Positions 10,152 through 19,894 of a DNA stretch of 64,000 nucleotides are shown here, piece after piece. Made by a program: the position numbers and the translations under genes. Every line of letters starts with the position of its first letter. The stretch's first letter is position 1. The notes under the pieces are model-generated. The model made no database searches. It saw nothing but the letters and a program-made list of their open reading frames with translations, and was not told where the DNA came from. This DNA comes from Rickettsiales bacterium (GTDB lineage Bacteria; Pseudomonadota; Alphaproteobacteria; Rickettsiales; UBA3002): assembly GCA_044239745.1 (NCBI GenBank), contig JBIIAV010000001.1, forward strand, positions 18,884-82,883, written 5' to 3'.

Positions 10152-11093
10152 TTACACGGCATGCAGCTCGACAAGGGCGTTACGCTCGTTGCTGTCGAGA
10201 TCGCTGATCGCTTTCGTGCAGCGCTCCAGCACTTCGTTGGCGGAGTGATCGTCGAGCATGTCGAAGCCGATGCAGGTCGAGATGGAAAAATCGGCCTTGC
10301 CACCGAACAGGATGCGGTGCCCGCGGATCTTCCAGCGCAGACGGTTGAGCACAACGCGGCTGGATTCACGGCTGATATCGAACAAAAGCAACCCCAGCGT
10401 ACTATCGGAGAGCGCGAAGATCATGTCGTCGGCACGGAAGGCCGAACGGCAGCAGTTGGCCGCATGTTTCAACAGTTCGGCGCACGCCTCCTTGCCATAA
10501 CGCGCAACGCTTTTTTCATAACGGTCGAGCCGCAATACGGCGAAGACGACACTCATTTTGCTATCGGCGAGATAATGTTGCAGCAGCGGCAGGAAAGCCT
10601 CGACCGTTTTATGGTTGGGCAGCCCCGTGGCAGGATCGAGTTCCTTGCGCCCTTCAAGGTTCAAGGCGATGAAGCTACTGAGCTTGGTGGTGGCCAAACG
10701 CTCGTGCTCACTTGGGATGACGATCTGGAAGCAGGCGTTCTTGCCCTGCGACATCAGCCGCGACAGGGTGCAATTCACTGCAATCTCATGCCCCAGCCGG
10801 TGGCGCAACCGCACCGAACGAATCCGCGAAAAGATATCGCCGAAATCAGGGGCGCTGTCGTCGTACTCCAAGTCGTCGGCGATGGAGGCCGCCTCGCGCT
10901 GCCCCAGTATGGTTTCCAAGCGTCGCTGGCTCAGTCCGCCCTGTTCGTAACCAAGCAAGGCCTCAAGCGAAGCATTCACACCACTGATAACTAATGATTT
11001 TTCTTCGTTATTTTGAACCACGAGCAAAACGGCTTCGCCCTTGCGTGCTTCCAAGGTGCTGACTTTGGGAAGATCCGCTTCTTCGGTGTTCAT
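10152..11093 (-). CDS. PAS-like / degenerate GGDEF domain protein (A-site lost, RxxD I-site retained)
   Basis: 313 aa. The N-terminal half is PAS-like (VISGVNASLEALLGYEQGGLSQRRLETIL). The C-terminal domain starts DPATGLPNHK but reads RADDMIFALSDSTLGLLLF where RxxD-x5-GG(D/E)EF is expected. Its stop is 6 nt upstream of the recG start. Confidence 0.75.
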   Translation of the reverse strand: MNTEEADLPKVSTLEARKGEAVLLVVQNNEEKSLVISGVNASLEALLGYEQGGLSQRRLETILGQREAASIADDLEYDDSAPDFGDIFSRIRSVRLRHRLGHEIAVNCTLSRLMSQGKNACFQIVIPSEHERLATTKLSSFIALNLEGRKELDPATGLPNHKTVEAFLPLLQHYLADSKMSVVFAVLRLDRYEKSVARYGKEACAELLKHAANCCRSAFRADDMIFALSDSTLGLLLFDISRESSRVVLNRLRWKIRGHRILFGGKADFSISTCIGFDMLDDHSANEVLERCTKAISDLDSNERNALVELHAV

Positions 11094-11160
11094 GGCTGCT
11101 CCGCACTTGCGAATTGTATGAACACCACTATGTTGCAGTCTTCACAACTGAGTCAAGCAT

Positions 11161-11445
11161 ATGCTCACGCAAACCGACCTGAACCGACCATTACCGCGCG
11201 AGCTGTGGCTCAAGCGCCTGACCTACCGCAGCTGGCACCGCGGCTGTAAGGAGACCGACCTCGTTTTGGGTACCTATTGCGCCACGCATATCGACACGCT
11301 CGACGAGGCGGCGCTCGCCGTATTCGAAGCGTTCTTGGACGAGGACGACGCCGAGATATGGAGCTGGCTGACCGAGAAGACTCCCTGCCCGCACGCCCAT
11401 TACCAACCCCTGCTATCGGCGCTGCGCTCCCAGAAAATCAACTAA
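11161..11445 (+). CDS. sdhE: FAD assembly factor SdhE (SdhAF2/DUF339)
   Basis: 94 aa with the RLTYRSWHRGCKETDLVLG motif. It sits immediately upstream of mfd and divergent from the recG operon. Confidence 0.85.
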   Translation: MLTQTDLNRPLPRELWLKRLTYRSWHRGCKETDLVLGTYCATHIDTLDEAALAVFEAFLDEDDAEIWSWLTEKTPCPHAHYQPLLSALRSQKIN

Positions 11446-11447
11446 CC

Positions 11448-14400
11448 ATGCCGTTATCGCCATCGCTTATCCAAGGCCTGAGGACAGGCAACGCTTCGGT
11501 CGTGATCGAGGCACCCTTTGCCGCGCATGCCTATGTGCTGTGCGAAGTGGCGCGCGCGAGCGGCCGCCCCGTTGTGCATGTGTTCTCGCAGGATAAGGAG
11601 ATGGCCGAGGCCGCGGCGATGTGCGCATTCTTGGCGCCGGATATCGAGCTACTGACGCTTCCGGCGTGGGACACACTACCATACGACCGCGTCAGCCCCA
11701 GCGCCGCCATTACTTCGGCGCGCATTCATGCCCTCAGCCGCTTGGCCACCATGGAAGGCGATGCTCCCGCCATCATTTTGACCACCGTCAACGCCATCAC
11801 CCAGCGCTTGCCGCCGCGCCATGTGTTCAGTAAAGCCTATTTCACCATCAAAAAATCCACCCAACTATCGCGTGACGCGCTTTTCCAGTTCCTGCAGAAT
11901 AATGGCTACCAACGGGTGGGCAAAGTGATGGAAGCGGGGGAATACGCTGTGCGCGGCTCCCTGATCGATTTATTTCCCTCCGGCCATGGCGAGGCGGTGC
12001 GCATCGATTTGTTCGGCGATGAGGTCGAGTCCCTACGCCGATTCGACCCGCTGACGCAGATCAGCGATGCCGCGGTCGATGCGCTGGAACTGCGCCCCGT
12101 CAGCGAATTGCTGCTGCAAGAAGATACCATCGCGCGTTTTCGCACCCGCTATCTCGAACTGTTCGGTGCCGTCACGCGTGACGACCCGCTGTACGAATCC
12201 ATCAGCGCCGGACGCACCTATGCCGGTATGGAGCATTGGCTTCCCCTCTTCTACGAGTATCTTGATACGCTTGCCGATTATTGTCCGCGTGCGATCTGGA
12301 GCAGCGACCACCGTCTGGAAGCCCTCATCAACGAGCGTCACGAAGCGATCAGTGATTATTATGGTGCGCGGCGCGTCCATCAAAGCAAGGATAGCGGCGC
12401 CTACAATCCCATACCGCCGGAACGTTTCTTCCTCGACTATACGGGTGTCCTATCGATGTGGCGCGGCCATCCGCGGATGACGCTCACCCCGTTCGCCTCC
12501 GAGGGCGCACACGCAACCCAGCTTCGCCTCAGCCCGCAGCTTTTCAATCGCCGCCACGAGGAGCATCTCCATGCGCGCGATGTCATTCTCGATTACATCC
12601 AGAAAGCATCGCTGCCCGTTATCCTTGCGGCCAACTCCACCGGCAGTGCCGATCGTATCCACAAGATGCTCGGCTTCACGGAATCGCTCAGCATTGCCGA
12701 GCATCTCGCGCAGGCCTTGCCGCGCGCCCATTCCATCACGGTCCTTCCCATCGAACAAGGCTTCACCTGCGACACCTTCATCCTACTCACCGAGCAGGAC
12801 ATGTTCGGCGAGCGCATCATCCGCACGCAAAAGCGCAAACGCAAATCGGAAGCCTTCTTGGCCGAGGCCGCAAGCTTCATCGAGGGCGAACTGATCGTGC
12901 ATCGCGAGCATGGCATCGGACGCTTCGAGGGGCTTCTCACGGTCGAGGTGAATGATACGCGCCATGATTGCCTCAAGCTCATTTACGATGGCGGCGACAA
13001 ATTATTCCTGCCGGTCGAGAACATCGATCTGGTCAGCCGCTACGGCGCTTCGGAGGAAACAATCGCGCTCGATAAACTCGGCGGCGTGGCATGGCAGCGG
13101 CGCAAGTCGTCGCTCAAGAAACGTCTCAAAATGGCGGCCGAGGCGCTCATCAAGGTAGCCGCCGCACGCGCGGCCACCCCCGCAACGGTACTTGCCGCCG
13201 ATGCAGGGCTTTACGACGAATTCGTCGCCCGCTTCCCTTATAGCGAGACGGAGGATCAGCTCGCCGCCATCGAGGATGTACGAGGCGATCTGGCCGCCGG
13301 TCACGCCATGGATCGCCTGATTTGCGGCGACGTTGGCTTCGGTAAGACCGAAGTGGCGCTGCGTGCCGCATTCATTGCCGCCAGCGCCGGCATACAGGTC
13401 GCGCTCATCGCACCGACCACGCTATTGGCGCGCCAGCATTATCACACGTTCAGCGCTCGCTACCGCGATCTTCCCATTTCGGTGCGCATGCTCTCGCGCC
13501 TGACCTCGGCGAAAGATGCTGCCGAAATCAAAACGCTGCTGCCTGAGGGCAAAGTCGATATCGTCATCGGCACCCACGCGCTGCTTGCCGGCGGCGTTCA
13601 GTTCAAGGACCTTGGGCTGTTGATCGTCGATGAGGAGCAGCATTTCGGCGTCGCCCAGAAGGAGAAGCTCAAGCAGCTCAAGACCAACATCCATGTGCTG
13701 ACGCTCTCGGCGACGCCCATTCCGCGCACGTTGCAGCTTTCGCTTTCGGGCGTGCGCGAGCTTTCGCTCATCACCACCCCGCCGGTTGATCGCCTCGCGG
13801 TGCGCACCTACGTCATGCCCTACGACCCCGTGGTGCTGCGCGAGGCCATCTTGCGCGAATACCATCGCGGCGGAAAGATATTCGTCGTCACGCCGCGGGT
13901 GAAATACATGGCGGAGCTTCAGCAAAAAATTGCTGAATTGGTGCCCGAAGTGAAGATCGTGGCGGCGCATGGGCAAATGGGAGCGGTGGCGCTCGATAAG
14001 ACCATGAACGCGTTTTACGACGGCAAGTACGACGTGCTCATCTCTACGTCCATCATCGAATCGGGTATTGATATCCCGACCGCCAACACCATGATCATCG
14101 ACCGTGCGGATATGTTCGGCCTCAGCCAACTTTACCAGTTACGCGGGCGGGTCGGTCGCAGCAAAACCCGCGCCTACGCCTACCTCACCCTGCCGCACGG
14201 AAAAAAACTCAACCGCGAGGCCGAGCGCCGTCTTGAGGTCATGCAACAGCTCGATACACTCGGCGCGGGGTTCCAGCTTGCCAGCCACGATATGGACATT
14301 CGTGGCTTTGGGAATTTGCTCGGCGAAGAGCAATCCGGCCATGTGAAGGAGGTCGGCATTGAGCTCTATCAAGCGATGCTGGAGGAAGCCATCGCCGATA

Positions 14401-14921
14401 TGAAACGCCGGCGCGACACGCGCAGCGGTTCGGAAGATGAAGTTCCAGATAGCTGGAGCCCACAGATCAATCTCGGCATGTCGGTGCTGATTCCGGAATC
14501 CTATGTCGAGGATCTGCCGCTGCGCCTATCGCTCTATCGTCGCGCCGCTTCCTTGAGCAGCGCCACCGAGCTTGAAGGCTTCGCCGCTGAGCTGGTCGAT
14601 CGTTTCGGCCAAAGCCCGATCGAGGTCGAGCATTTGATTGCGACCTTGCACATCAAAATCCTATGCAAAAAAGCTGGCATCGCGCGGCTGGATGCGGGTC
14701 CCAAAGGAGTGGTGCTGGCGCTGCGTAACAACAAGTTCGCCAACCCGCCCGCGTTGCTCGACCATATCGCCAAGCACGCAGGGCGCATCAAACTGCGTGC
14801 CGATCAGACCCTGTTCATCGCTGCCGAGACCCACAACGACGCGCAACGCCTCGACGCTGCCCGCAGTATCGCACTCGAAATTATGCACCTACTGCCCGAA
14901 GCGGTGCCGCAAGCGGCGTAA
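11448..14921 (+). CDS. mfd: Transcription-repair coupling factor Mfd
   Basis: The start is at ATG 11448 ([10 protein letters not shown]), 2 nt after the sdhE stop; track start 11277 overlaps sdhE out of frame. It has a CarD/TRCF domain ([18 protein letters not shown]) and helicase motifs ([31 protein letters not shown]). Confidence 0.95.
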   Translation: MPLSPSLIQGLRTGNASVVIEAPFAAHAYVLCEVARASGRPVVHVFSQDKEMAEAAAMCAFLAPDIELLTLPAWDTLPYDRVSPSAAITSARIHALSRLATMEGDAPAIILTTVNAITQRLPPRHVFSKAYFTIKKSTQLSRDALFQFLQNNGYQRVGKVMEAGEYAVRGSLIDLFPSGHGEAVRIDLFGDEVESLRRFDPLTQISDAAVDALELRPVSELLLQEDTIARFRTRYLELFGAVTRDDPLYESISAGRTYAGMEHWLPLFYEYLDTLADYCPRAIWSSDHRLEALINERHEAISDYYGARRVHQSKDSGAYNPIPPERFFLDYTGVLSMWRGHPRMTLTPFASEGAHATQLRLSPQLFNRRHEEHLHARDVILDYIQKASLPVILAANSTGSADRIHKMLGFTESLSIAEHLAQALPRAHSITVLPIEQGFTCDTFILLTEQDMFGERIIRTQKRKRKSEAFLAEAASFIEGELIVHREHGIGRFEGLLTVEVNDTRHDCLKLIYDGGDKLFLPVENIDLVSRYGASEETIALDKLGGVAWQRRKSSLKKRLKMAAEALIKVAAARAATPATVLAADAGLYDEFVARFPYSETEDQLAAIEDVRGDLAAGHAMDRLICGDVGFGKTEVALRAAFIAASAGIQVALIAPTTLLARQHYHTFSARYRDLPISVRMLSRLTSAKDAAEIKTLLPEGKVDIVIGTHALLAGGVQFKDLGLLIVDEEQHFGVAQKEKLKQLKTNIHVLTLSATPIPRTLQLSLSGVRELSLITTPPVDRLAVRTYVMPYDPVVLREAILREYHRGGKIFVVTPRVKYMAELQQKIAELVPEVKIVAAHGQMGAVALDKTMNAFYDGKYDVLISTSIIESGIDIPTANTMIIDRADMFGLSQLYQLRGRVGRSKTRAYAYLTLPHGKKLNREAERRLEVMQQLDTLGAGFQLASHDMDIRGFGNLLGEEQSGHVKEVGIELYQAMLEEAIADMKRRRDTRSGSEDEVPDSWSPQINLGMSVLIPESYVEDLPLRLSLYRRAASLSSATELEGFAAELVDRFGQSPIEVEHLIATLHIKILCKKAGIARLDAGPKGVVLALRNNKFANPPALLDHIAKHAGRIKLRADQTLFIAAETHNDAQRLDAARSIALEIMHLLPEAVPQAA

Positions 14922-15642
14922 CGCGGCCATCGGCAAGTGCGGGAAGCTGTAGCTGAGGCATGGGCTTCTCTTCTTTTTGGCCAAGGAAAAACCCTGCAAC
15001 GCCCAGCGGCAAGGCGCATGTCAATGCGTGAACACCAGCCAATCCCGCCGCGCCCATTGCCGTGCTCATGCCTGACGCCGCACCTGCAGCACCAAGGGAA
15101 CCAAGCGCGAAGGCTATATCGATGAGCGTTGCACTTCCGACGAGTCCCCCGAAGAACATCGCACCCATGCTGATGGCGGGAATGATCGCCGGAAGGGCAA
15201 TGAGAATACTGGTGCTAAGCGCCGCCCAACGAATGACCGAGCCCCAACGAAACTCACCCTGCCGCGTGCGCTTATCGAGGTAATTCGCCCACAGCATGCC
15301 GCCGACGGCCAAGCCACCGGAAATAGCGGCCGTGGCTAAGCCACCCGCCGCGATGCTCGGCCCGATGATGGGAATTTGCCTCAGCAGACCTGCCGCCGAA
15401 GCCGCCAAGTTGCTCCCTGGGCCAGAAGTGCAAAATGAAATGGCATTCGCCCCCGCCACGGCCACATTGGGACTCGCGACCACCATCGGAGCCACCACCG
15501 GCGCCAAGGCAAGACCAGCCGTGGCAACGCCGCCCACAGCCAGCGTTTTCAGCGCGGCATGCTCCCACGGCTTGTGCTGCACTCCGTCATGGCCTGTTGA
15601 ATGCTCATTCGGTTTCATATGGCCGCCATTATGATGCGCCAA
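14881..15642 (-). CDS. Hypothetical multi-pass membrane protein with His-rich N-terminus
   Basis: 253-aa ORF (TTG at 15642; first ATG at 15618, MKPNEHS). The N-terminus is His-rich (HHNGGH..H..H..H..H) and is followed by several Gly/Ala-rich hydrophobic helices. I recognise no family. The 3' end overlaps the mfd 3' end by 41 nt. Confidence 0.55.
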   Translation of the reverse strand: MAHHNGGHMKPNEHSTGHDGVQHKPWEHAALKTLAVGGVATAGLALAPVVAPMVVASPNVAVAGANAISFCTSGPGSNLAASAAGLLRQIPIIGPSIAAGGLATAAISGGLAVGGMLWANYLDKRTRQGEFRWGSVIRWAALSTSILIALPAIIPAISMGAMFFGGLVGSATLIDIAFALGSLGAAGAASGMSTAMGAAGLAGVHALTCALPLGVAGFFLGQKEEKPMPQLQLPALADGRVTPLAAPLRAVGA

Positions 15643-15728
15643 ATCGCCCGCGTGTATGAAGCTTTTATGACAATAAAACCCCGCGGAAACCCTTGCACCG
15701 GAACAAATAATCGCTATAAAAGCACCCC

Positions 15729-17720
15729 ATGTCCGATTTATTCAAAGCCGCCAAAGCCAAGCCCGTCGCCTCCCAATATTCCGCCGATTCCATCGAGGTA
15801 TTGGAGGGGCTGGAGCCCGTACGCCGTCGTCCGGGCATGTATATCGGCGGCTCGGATGAAAGCGCCATGCACCACCTCATCAACGAGGTGTTCGACAACG
15901 CGATGGACGAAGCCGTCGCCGGCCATGCCAGCTTTATTACCGTCGATTTGCAGCCCAATAATCGCATTACCATCACGGATAATGGTCGCGGCATTCCGGT
16001 CGATCCGCACCCCAAATTCCCCAAAAAATCGGCGCTCGAGGTCATCCTCACCACGCTGCATGCCGGCGGTAAGTTCAACGATAAGGTCTACCACACCGCC
16101 GGCGGGTTGCATGGCGTCGGCATTTCGGTGGTGAACGCATTGTCGGACGACATGCGCGTCGAGGTCGCGCGCGAGCAGCAGCTTTACGCGCAGGATTACG
16201 CACGCGGCACACCGCTTGGCAAATTGCAAAAGCTCGGCGCGGTTAAAAACCGTCGCGGCACCAGCGTCATGTTCCACCCCGACGCCGAGATATTCGGTGC
16301 GAAAGCCAAGTTCCGCCCCGAGAAGGTCTACAAGCTCATTCGCTCCAAGGCCTATTTGTTCCGCGGTGTCGAGATCCGCTGGAATTGTGCGCCGGAACTC
16401 ATCGGCGAAGGCAGTAAGGTTCCCGCGCAGGAGATCATCCACTTCCCCAACGGCCTGCATGATTGCCTGTTGCAAGAGCTTGGCGACAAGCCCCTGATCG
16501 GCAACCCCTTCTATGGCGACGCCGACCTTGCCGACGGTAAAGGGCGTGTCGAATGGGCGATCGCGTGGCCGAATGACGACGAGGAAGGCCACCAGTCGCT
16601 GTTTTGCAATACCATTCCCAACCCCGAAGGTGGCACCCACGAGCAAGGCCTGCGCGCCGCACTCACCAAGGGGTTGCGCAACCTCGGCGAGATGACCAAG
16701 AACAAGCGCGCCGCAAGCATCATGGCGGACGATGTGATGCAAGGCGCCATCGTTATCCTGTCGCTGTTCATCAAGGACCCGCAATTTCAAAGCCAGACCA
16801 AAAGCAAACTGGTGACGACCGACGCCACCCGCCTTGTCGAAGCGGCGCTGCGCGACCCGTTCGATCATTTCCTCTCGGGCGATCTGGAGCAAGGCACGGC
16901 GCTGCTCAATTACATCATCTTCAAGGCCGAGGAACGCCTGCGCCGCCGCAGCGAGAAGAACGTCAAACGCCAGAATGTCACCTCGCGCCTGCGCCTTCCT
17001 GGTAAGCTCGCCGATTGCACCCGCAGCATTCCCCAAGGCACGGAATTGTTTCTGGTGGAAGGTGATTCGGCTGGTGGCTCGGCCAAACAAGCGCGTGAGC
17101 GCGAGACCCAAGCGGTACTGCCGCTGCGCGGCAAGATCCTCAACGTCGCCAGCGCCACCATGGAAAAGATCCGTGGCAACCAAGAGATATCCGACCTGAT
17201 GCAGGCGCTTGGCGTCAGCACCGGTAGCCAGTTCGATATCGCCGCGCTGCGTTACGAGAAAGTCGTCATCATGACGGATGCGGACGTCGACGGCGCGCAT
17301 ATCGCATCGCTGCTGATGACCTTCTTCTATCAGGAGATGCCGAAACTCATCAGCCACGGCCATCTCTACCTCGCGCAGCCGCCGCTTTTCCGCATCACTG
17401 CGGGCAACCAGACCTACTACGCACAGACCGATAAAGAAAAAGACAAGCTTGTTGCGCAACTGGCCGTGAAGCATAAGAGCCGTATCGAGATCGGGCGCTT
17501 TAAAGGGCTGGGCGAGATGACAGCACAGCAACTGAAAGAAACGACGATGGACCCGAAAAAGCGCACCTTACTGAAGGTCGCCATCGCCCACGAGGACATT
17601 GACGACACCGCTGAGCGCGTGAATCAGCTGATGGGCAAAAAGCCGGAGCTGCGCTTCAAGTTCATTCGCGAACAAACGGAATTGTACGGCGATAAATTCC
17701 GCGAAGCACTCGATGTTTAG
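15729..17720 (+). CDS. parE: DNA topoisomerase IV subunit B
   Basis: 663 aa with a GHKL ATPase (RRRPGMYIGG, LHGVGISVVNALS) and TOPRIM (LVEGDSAGGSAKQARERETQAVLPLRGKILNV, IMTDADVDGAHI). The length fits ParE rather than the about 800-aa alphaproteobacterial GyrB. Confidence 0.88.
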   Translation: MSDLFKAAKAKPVASQYSADSIEVLEGLEPVRRRPGMYIGGSDESAMHHLINEVFDNAMDEAVAGHASFITVDLQPNNRITITDNGRGIPVDPHPKFPKKSALEVILTTLHAGGKFNDKVYHTAGGLHGVGISVVNALSDDMRVEVAREQQLYAQDYARGTPLGKLQKLGAVKNRRGTSVMFHPDAEIFGAKAKFRPEKVYKLIRSKAYLFRGVEIRWNCAPELIGEGSKVPAQEIIHFPNGLHDCLLQELGDKPLIGNPFYGDADLADGKGRVEWAIAWPNDDEEGHQSLFCNTIPNPEGGTHEQGLRAALTKGLRNLGEMTKNKRAASIMADDVMQGAIVILSLFIKDPQFQSQTKSKLVTTDATRLVEAALRDPFDHFLSGDLEQGTALLNYIIFKAEERLRRRSEKNVKRQNVTSRLRLPGKLADCTRSIPQGTELFLVEGDSAGGSAKQARERETQAVLPLRGKILNVASATMEKIRGNQEISDLMQALGVSTGSQFDIAALRYEKVVIMTDADVDGAHIASLLMTFFYQEMPKLISHGHLYLAQPPLFRITAGNQTYYAQTDKEKDKLVAQLAVKHKSRIEIGRFKGLGEMTAQQLKETTMDPKKRTLLKVAIAHEDIDDTAERVNQLMGKKPELRFKFIREQTELYGDKFREALDV

Positions 17721-18757
17721 TCGTTCGGTTTTTTCTTCGCCATCGGCGTGAGGTTCGCGGCGATGCGCTTCACGGATTGATGATCCGATTCACTCAGCGG
17801 CAACAGCCCTTTCATGGCCAAATAGCCGTCCTCGCCGGTTGCCGCATCCGAGGAAAGCTCGACCGCGAATTCACGCAAGCCCCCCACTTTCTGTGCATGC
17901 GCATTCTTCACATAGACAAACAAGCTGCGTGCCACATGGTAGCGCCCACTTTCGATGGCATCGTAATCGGGCATCACTCCATCCACACTGTTGGCCTTCA
18001 CCAGCGCCATGTTGGACTCAAGGAAGCTATAGCCGAACACACCGAGCGCGTTGGGGTTATTGATGAGTTTTTGAACGATGAGATTATCGTCCTCGCCCGC
18101 TTCGACGAACACGCCGTCCTCGCGCATGGCAAGGCATTGCTGCTTTAATTTCTTCTCGTCGCCCACCAGCTTTTTTATTTCAGGAACGAGTTTGCAACCT
18201 TCGGCCATCACCAGTTCGGTGAAGGCGTCGCGCGTACCAGAGCTTGGTGGCGGGCCGTAAATCTCGATCGCCGCGTCCGGTAGCGCGGGGTCGATCTCGT
18301 TCCAGCGCTTATAGAAATTGGCCACCATGGCGCCGTTTTGGGGCACTTCCCGCGCCAATGCTAAAAATAGAATGCGGCGCGTTAACGCGTAGGAAGTGCT
18401 GCTACGCGCGTTGGCGAGCACGATACCGTCATAGCCGAGCTTCAATTCGGTAATGTCCGCAATACCATTTTTGGCACATAATTCGATTTCCGAATCCTTG
18501 ATGTGACGCGACGCATTGACCATATCGGGATAATCATCGCCCACACCACTACAGAACACCTTGATGCCACCGCCGGTGCCAGTCGCCTCGACGATGGGGG
18601 TACGGAATTTTCCGCCACGACCGAATTGTTCCGCCGCCGCCGCCACGAATGGGAACACCGTCGAAGATCCGACGATACGGATCTGTTCGCGCGCCGATGC
18701 CATGGCAGGCAGCGCCATGCCCAACACCAACATCGCTTGTATCCAACGCTTAGCCAT
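17717..18757 (-). CDS. PstS-family periplasmic phosphate/oxyanion-binding protein (orphan, no pstCAB)
   Basis: Signal peptide MAKRWIQAMLVLGMALPAMASA, followed by IRIVGSSTVFPF and ATGTGGGIK motifs typical of PstS-type binding proteins. I prefer ATG 18757 over TTG 18772. The start overlaps the upstream ORF stop by 8 nt, and the stop overlaps the parE stop. Confidence 0.75.
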   Translation of the reverse strand: MAKRWIQAMLVLGMALPAMASAREQIRIVGSSTVFPFVAAAAEQFGRGGKFRTPIVEATGTGGGIKVFCSGVGDDYPDMVNASRHIKDSEIELCAKNGIADITELKLGYDGIVLANARSSTSYALTRRILFLALAREVPQNGAMVANFYKRWNEIDPALPDAAIEIYGPPPSSGTRDAFTELVMAEGCKLVPEIKKLVGDEKKLKQQCLAMREDGVFVEAGEDDNLIVQKLINNPNALGVFGYSFLESNMALVKANSVDGVMPDYDAIESGRYHVARSLFVYVKNAHAQKVGGLREFAVELSSDAATGEDGYLAMKGLLPLSESDHQSVKRIAANLTPMAKKKPND

Positions 18758-19412
18758 TGAGTAATTTCTCAACCTCTTCGGGGGATAGTTCGGTCGTCGC
18801 TTCGCTAGGTGCAGCAGCGCTAATGGTAGTAGCGGGCAGTACCGCGTCCGCCATTTTCAGTAATCGCTCGCTGTCGGACATCGTCGGTGCCGCTTCGAAT
18901 ATCGGGTCGGGCACGGGCGGTGCAACAGACGCAGCCGCCGGTGCTGGGGCGGGTGGAGCGCTTGTAGCAGCAGTCTTACTGTGTTCCTCGATGATCTGGG
19001 TCACCATCTCCGGCGGCAGGATCCGCGCGCGCATCGATGTCTGGCGTTGCAGGTCTGCAATCATCATTGGTTTGAAGGCGGCTTGCTTGGCCGCGGCATC
19101 GAGCTGCGGGATCTCGGCGATGACCTGCTTCTTCCGTTCCGTCTGCTTGGAAGGCAAGGTCACTTTTTCAGGATTGGTGGGGATGGCCGACATTTTCTTG
19201 GCCTCGATGGCGATGCCTTCCGTCGGCAAGTCGCGCACGATCTTGTGGGGCTTGCTCACCCCCGAAACCTTGACCGCCATCAGCGCGCTTTCGGCGATCA
19301 CGGCGATGAAATCGACCGGCGTACTATAGACACGGTAGCGTACCTTATCCGTATCCGCCACGTTGGCGCGCCGTACCGTGATCTGCTCGATCCCCTGATT
19401 GCGCGACTTCAT
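18750..19412 (-). CDS. Hypothetical protein (Pro/Ala-rich linker, no TM)
   Basis: 220-aa ORF with a SAPPAPAPAAASVAPPVPDP tract. I recognise no family. Its start codon abuts the stop of the upstream PAS-like gene (0-nt gap) and its stop overlaps the PstS-like start, which supports translation. Confidence 0.5.
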   Translation of the reverse strand: MKSRNQGIEQITVRRANVADTDKVRYRVYSTPVDFIAVIAESALMAVKVSGVSKPHKIVRDLPTEGIAIEAKKMSAIPTNPEKVTLPSKQTERKKQVIAEIPQLDAAAKQAAFKPMMIADLQRQTSMRARILPPEMVTQIIEEHSKTAATSAPPAPAPAAASVAPPVPDPIFEAAPTMSDSERLLKMADAVLPATTISAAAPSEATTELSPEEVEKLLNG

Positions 19413-19886
19413 TTAGTAGGCCTTCCATTTCATGCCGCCCAGAAGGAAGCGCACGTCTGTTTCTCCCGCCATGCCAAGCGGTAATACGCAGGAACGGTAT
19501 TTGATAAGCATCCCGCGCGCGTTGGTGAAAGTGCTTTCGTCCTGCTGCGGACGGGCGGTGCGAATGGCGGTACGGAATGTTTGCATCAGGGATACGGGAT
19601 GCGGATAGACAAGCGTATCGGTGATTTCCTTGCCGGTGAAATCGTCGCCGTAGGCCTGCATCAACTCCGAACCGAGATAGCTATAGGCAAGGCGTTCGCC
19701 CGCAATATTCACCAAAAAGCAATGATCCCAGATGTTGGCCAGATCGTCGATGTTGATCTCGCTTTCCAGCGGCATCGGGCGCCCAGCGCACAGACTGTTC
19801 CAGTACTGTTCCAACTGTTCGTTGATGCGATGGTGGATCACCGATGTTGTCATGATTGGCCTCATTTGTGCCAATATAGCAGCCAC
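19413..19886 (-). CDS. PAS-like protein (resembles alphaproteobacterial PF07310/PAS_5 family)
   Basis: About 150 aa, including LEQYWNSLCAGRPMPLESEINIDDLANIWDHCFLVNI and GMLIKYRSCVLPL. The start is ambiguous: GTG 19886, ATG 19865 or ATG 19853. It begins 9-40 nt after the folC stop on the same strand. Confidence 0.55.
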   Translation of the reverse strand: MAAILAQMRPIMTTSVIHHRINEQLEQYWNSLCAGRPMPLESEINIDDLANIWDHCFLVNIAGERLAYSYLGSELMQAYGDDFTGKEITDTLVYPHPVSLMQTFRTAIRTARPQQDESTFTNARGMLIKYRSCVLPLGMAGETDVRFLLGGMKWKAY

Positions 19887-19894
19887 TTGCTCTA

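Noticed and set aside
9666-10994. 442-aa plus-strand ORF spanning the recG 5' end and the GGDEF-like gene
   Set aside because: It is antisense to two well-supported genes and is Arg/Gly/Ala-rich without domains, a typical GC-rich shadow ORF. The same reasoning applies to 3746..4645 (-, in lpxD), 26634..27689 (+, in dnaE), 30770..31810 (+, in proS), 35691..36971 (+, in phoH/miaB) and 39000..39761 (-, over the lipoprotein gene).
11277-11447. N-terminal extensions offered by the ORF track (mfd from 11277; also fabZ 4639, lpxB 6798, folC 21349, folP 22272, lolD 29704, proS 32149, miaB 38190, dehydratase 38676, TIGR02186-like 40314, RDD 42215, bioF 45406, olsB 56050)
   Set aside because: Each extension overlaps the preceding gene out of frame, is Arg-rich and non-homologous, and precedes an internal ATG. 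That ATG reproduces the canonical N-terminus of the family and usually gives an ATGA/TGATG junction or a visible RBS.
15738-17531. 597-aa ORF on the minus strand lying entirely inside parE
   Set aside because: Its codons occupy exactly the same triplets as the parE codons (15738-15729 is a multiple of 3). It stays open simply because parE avoids the codons TTA, CTA and TCA, as expected with strong GC3 bias. The translation is Arg/Gly/Ala/Leu-rich low-information sequence with no recognisable domain, whereas parE has unambiguous motifs.
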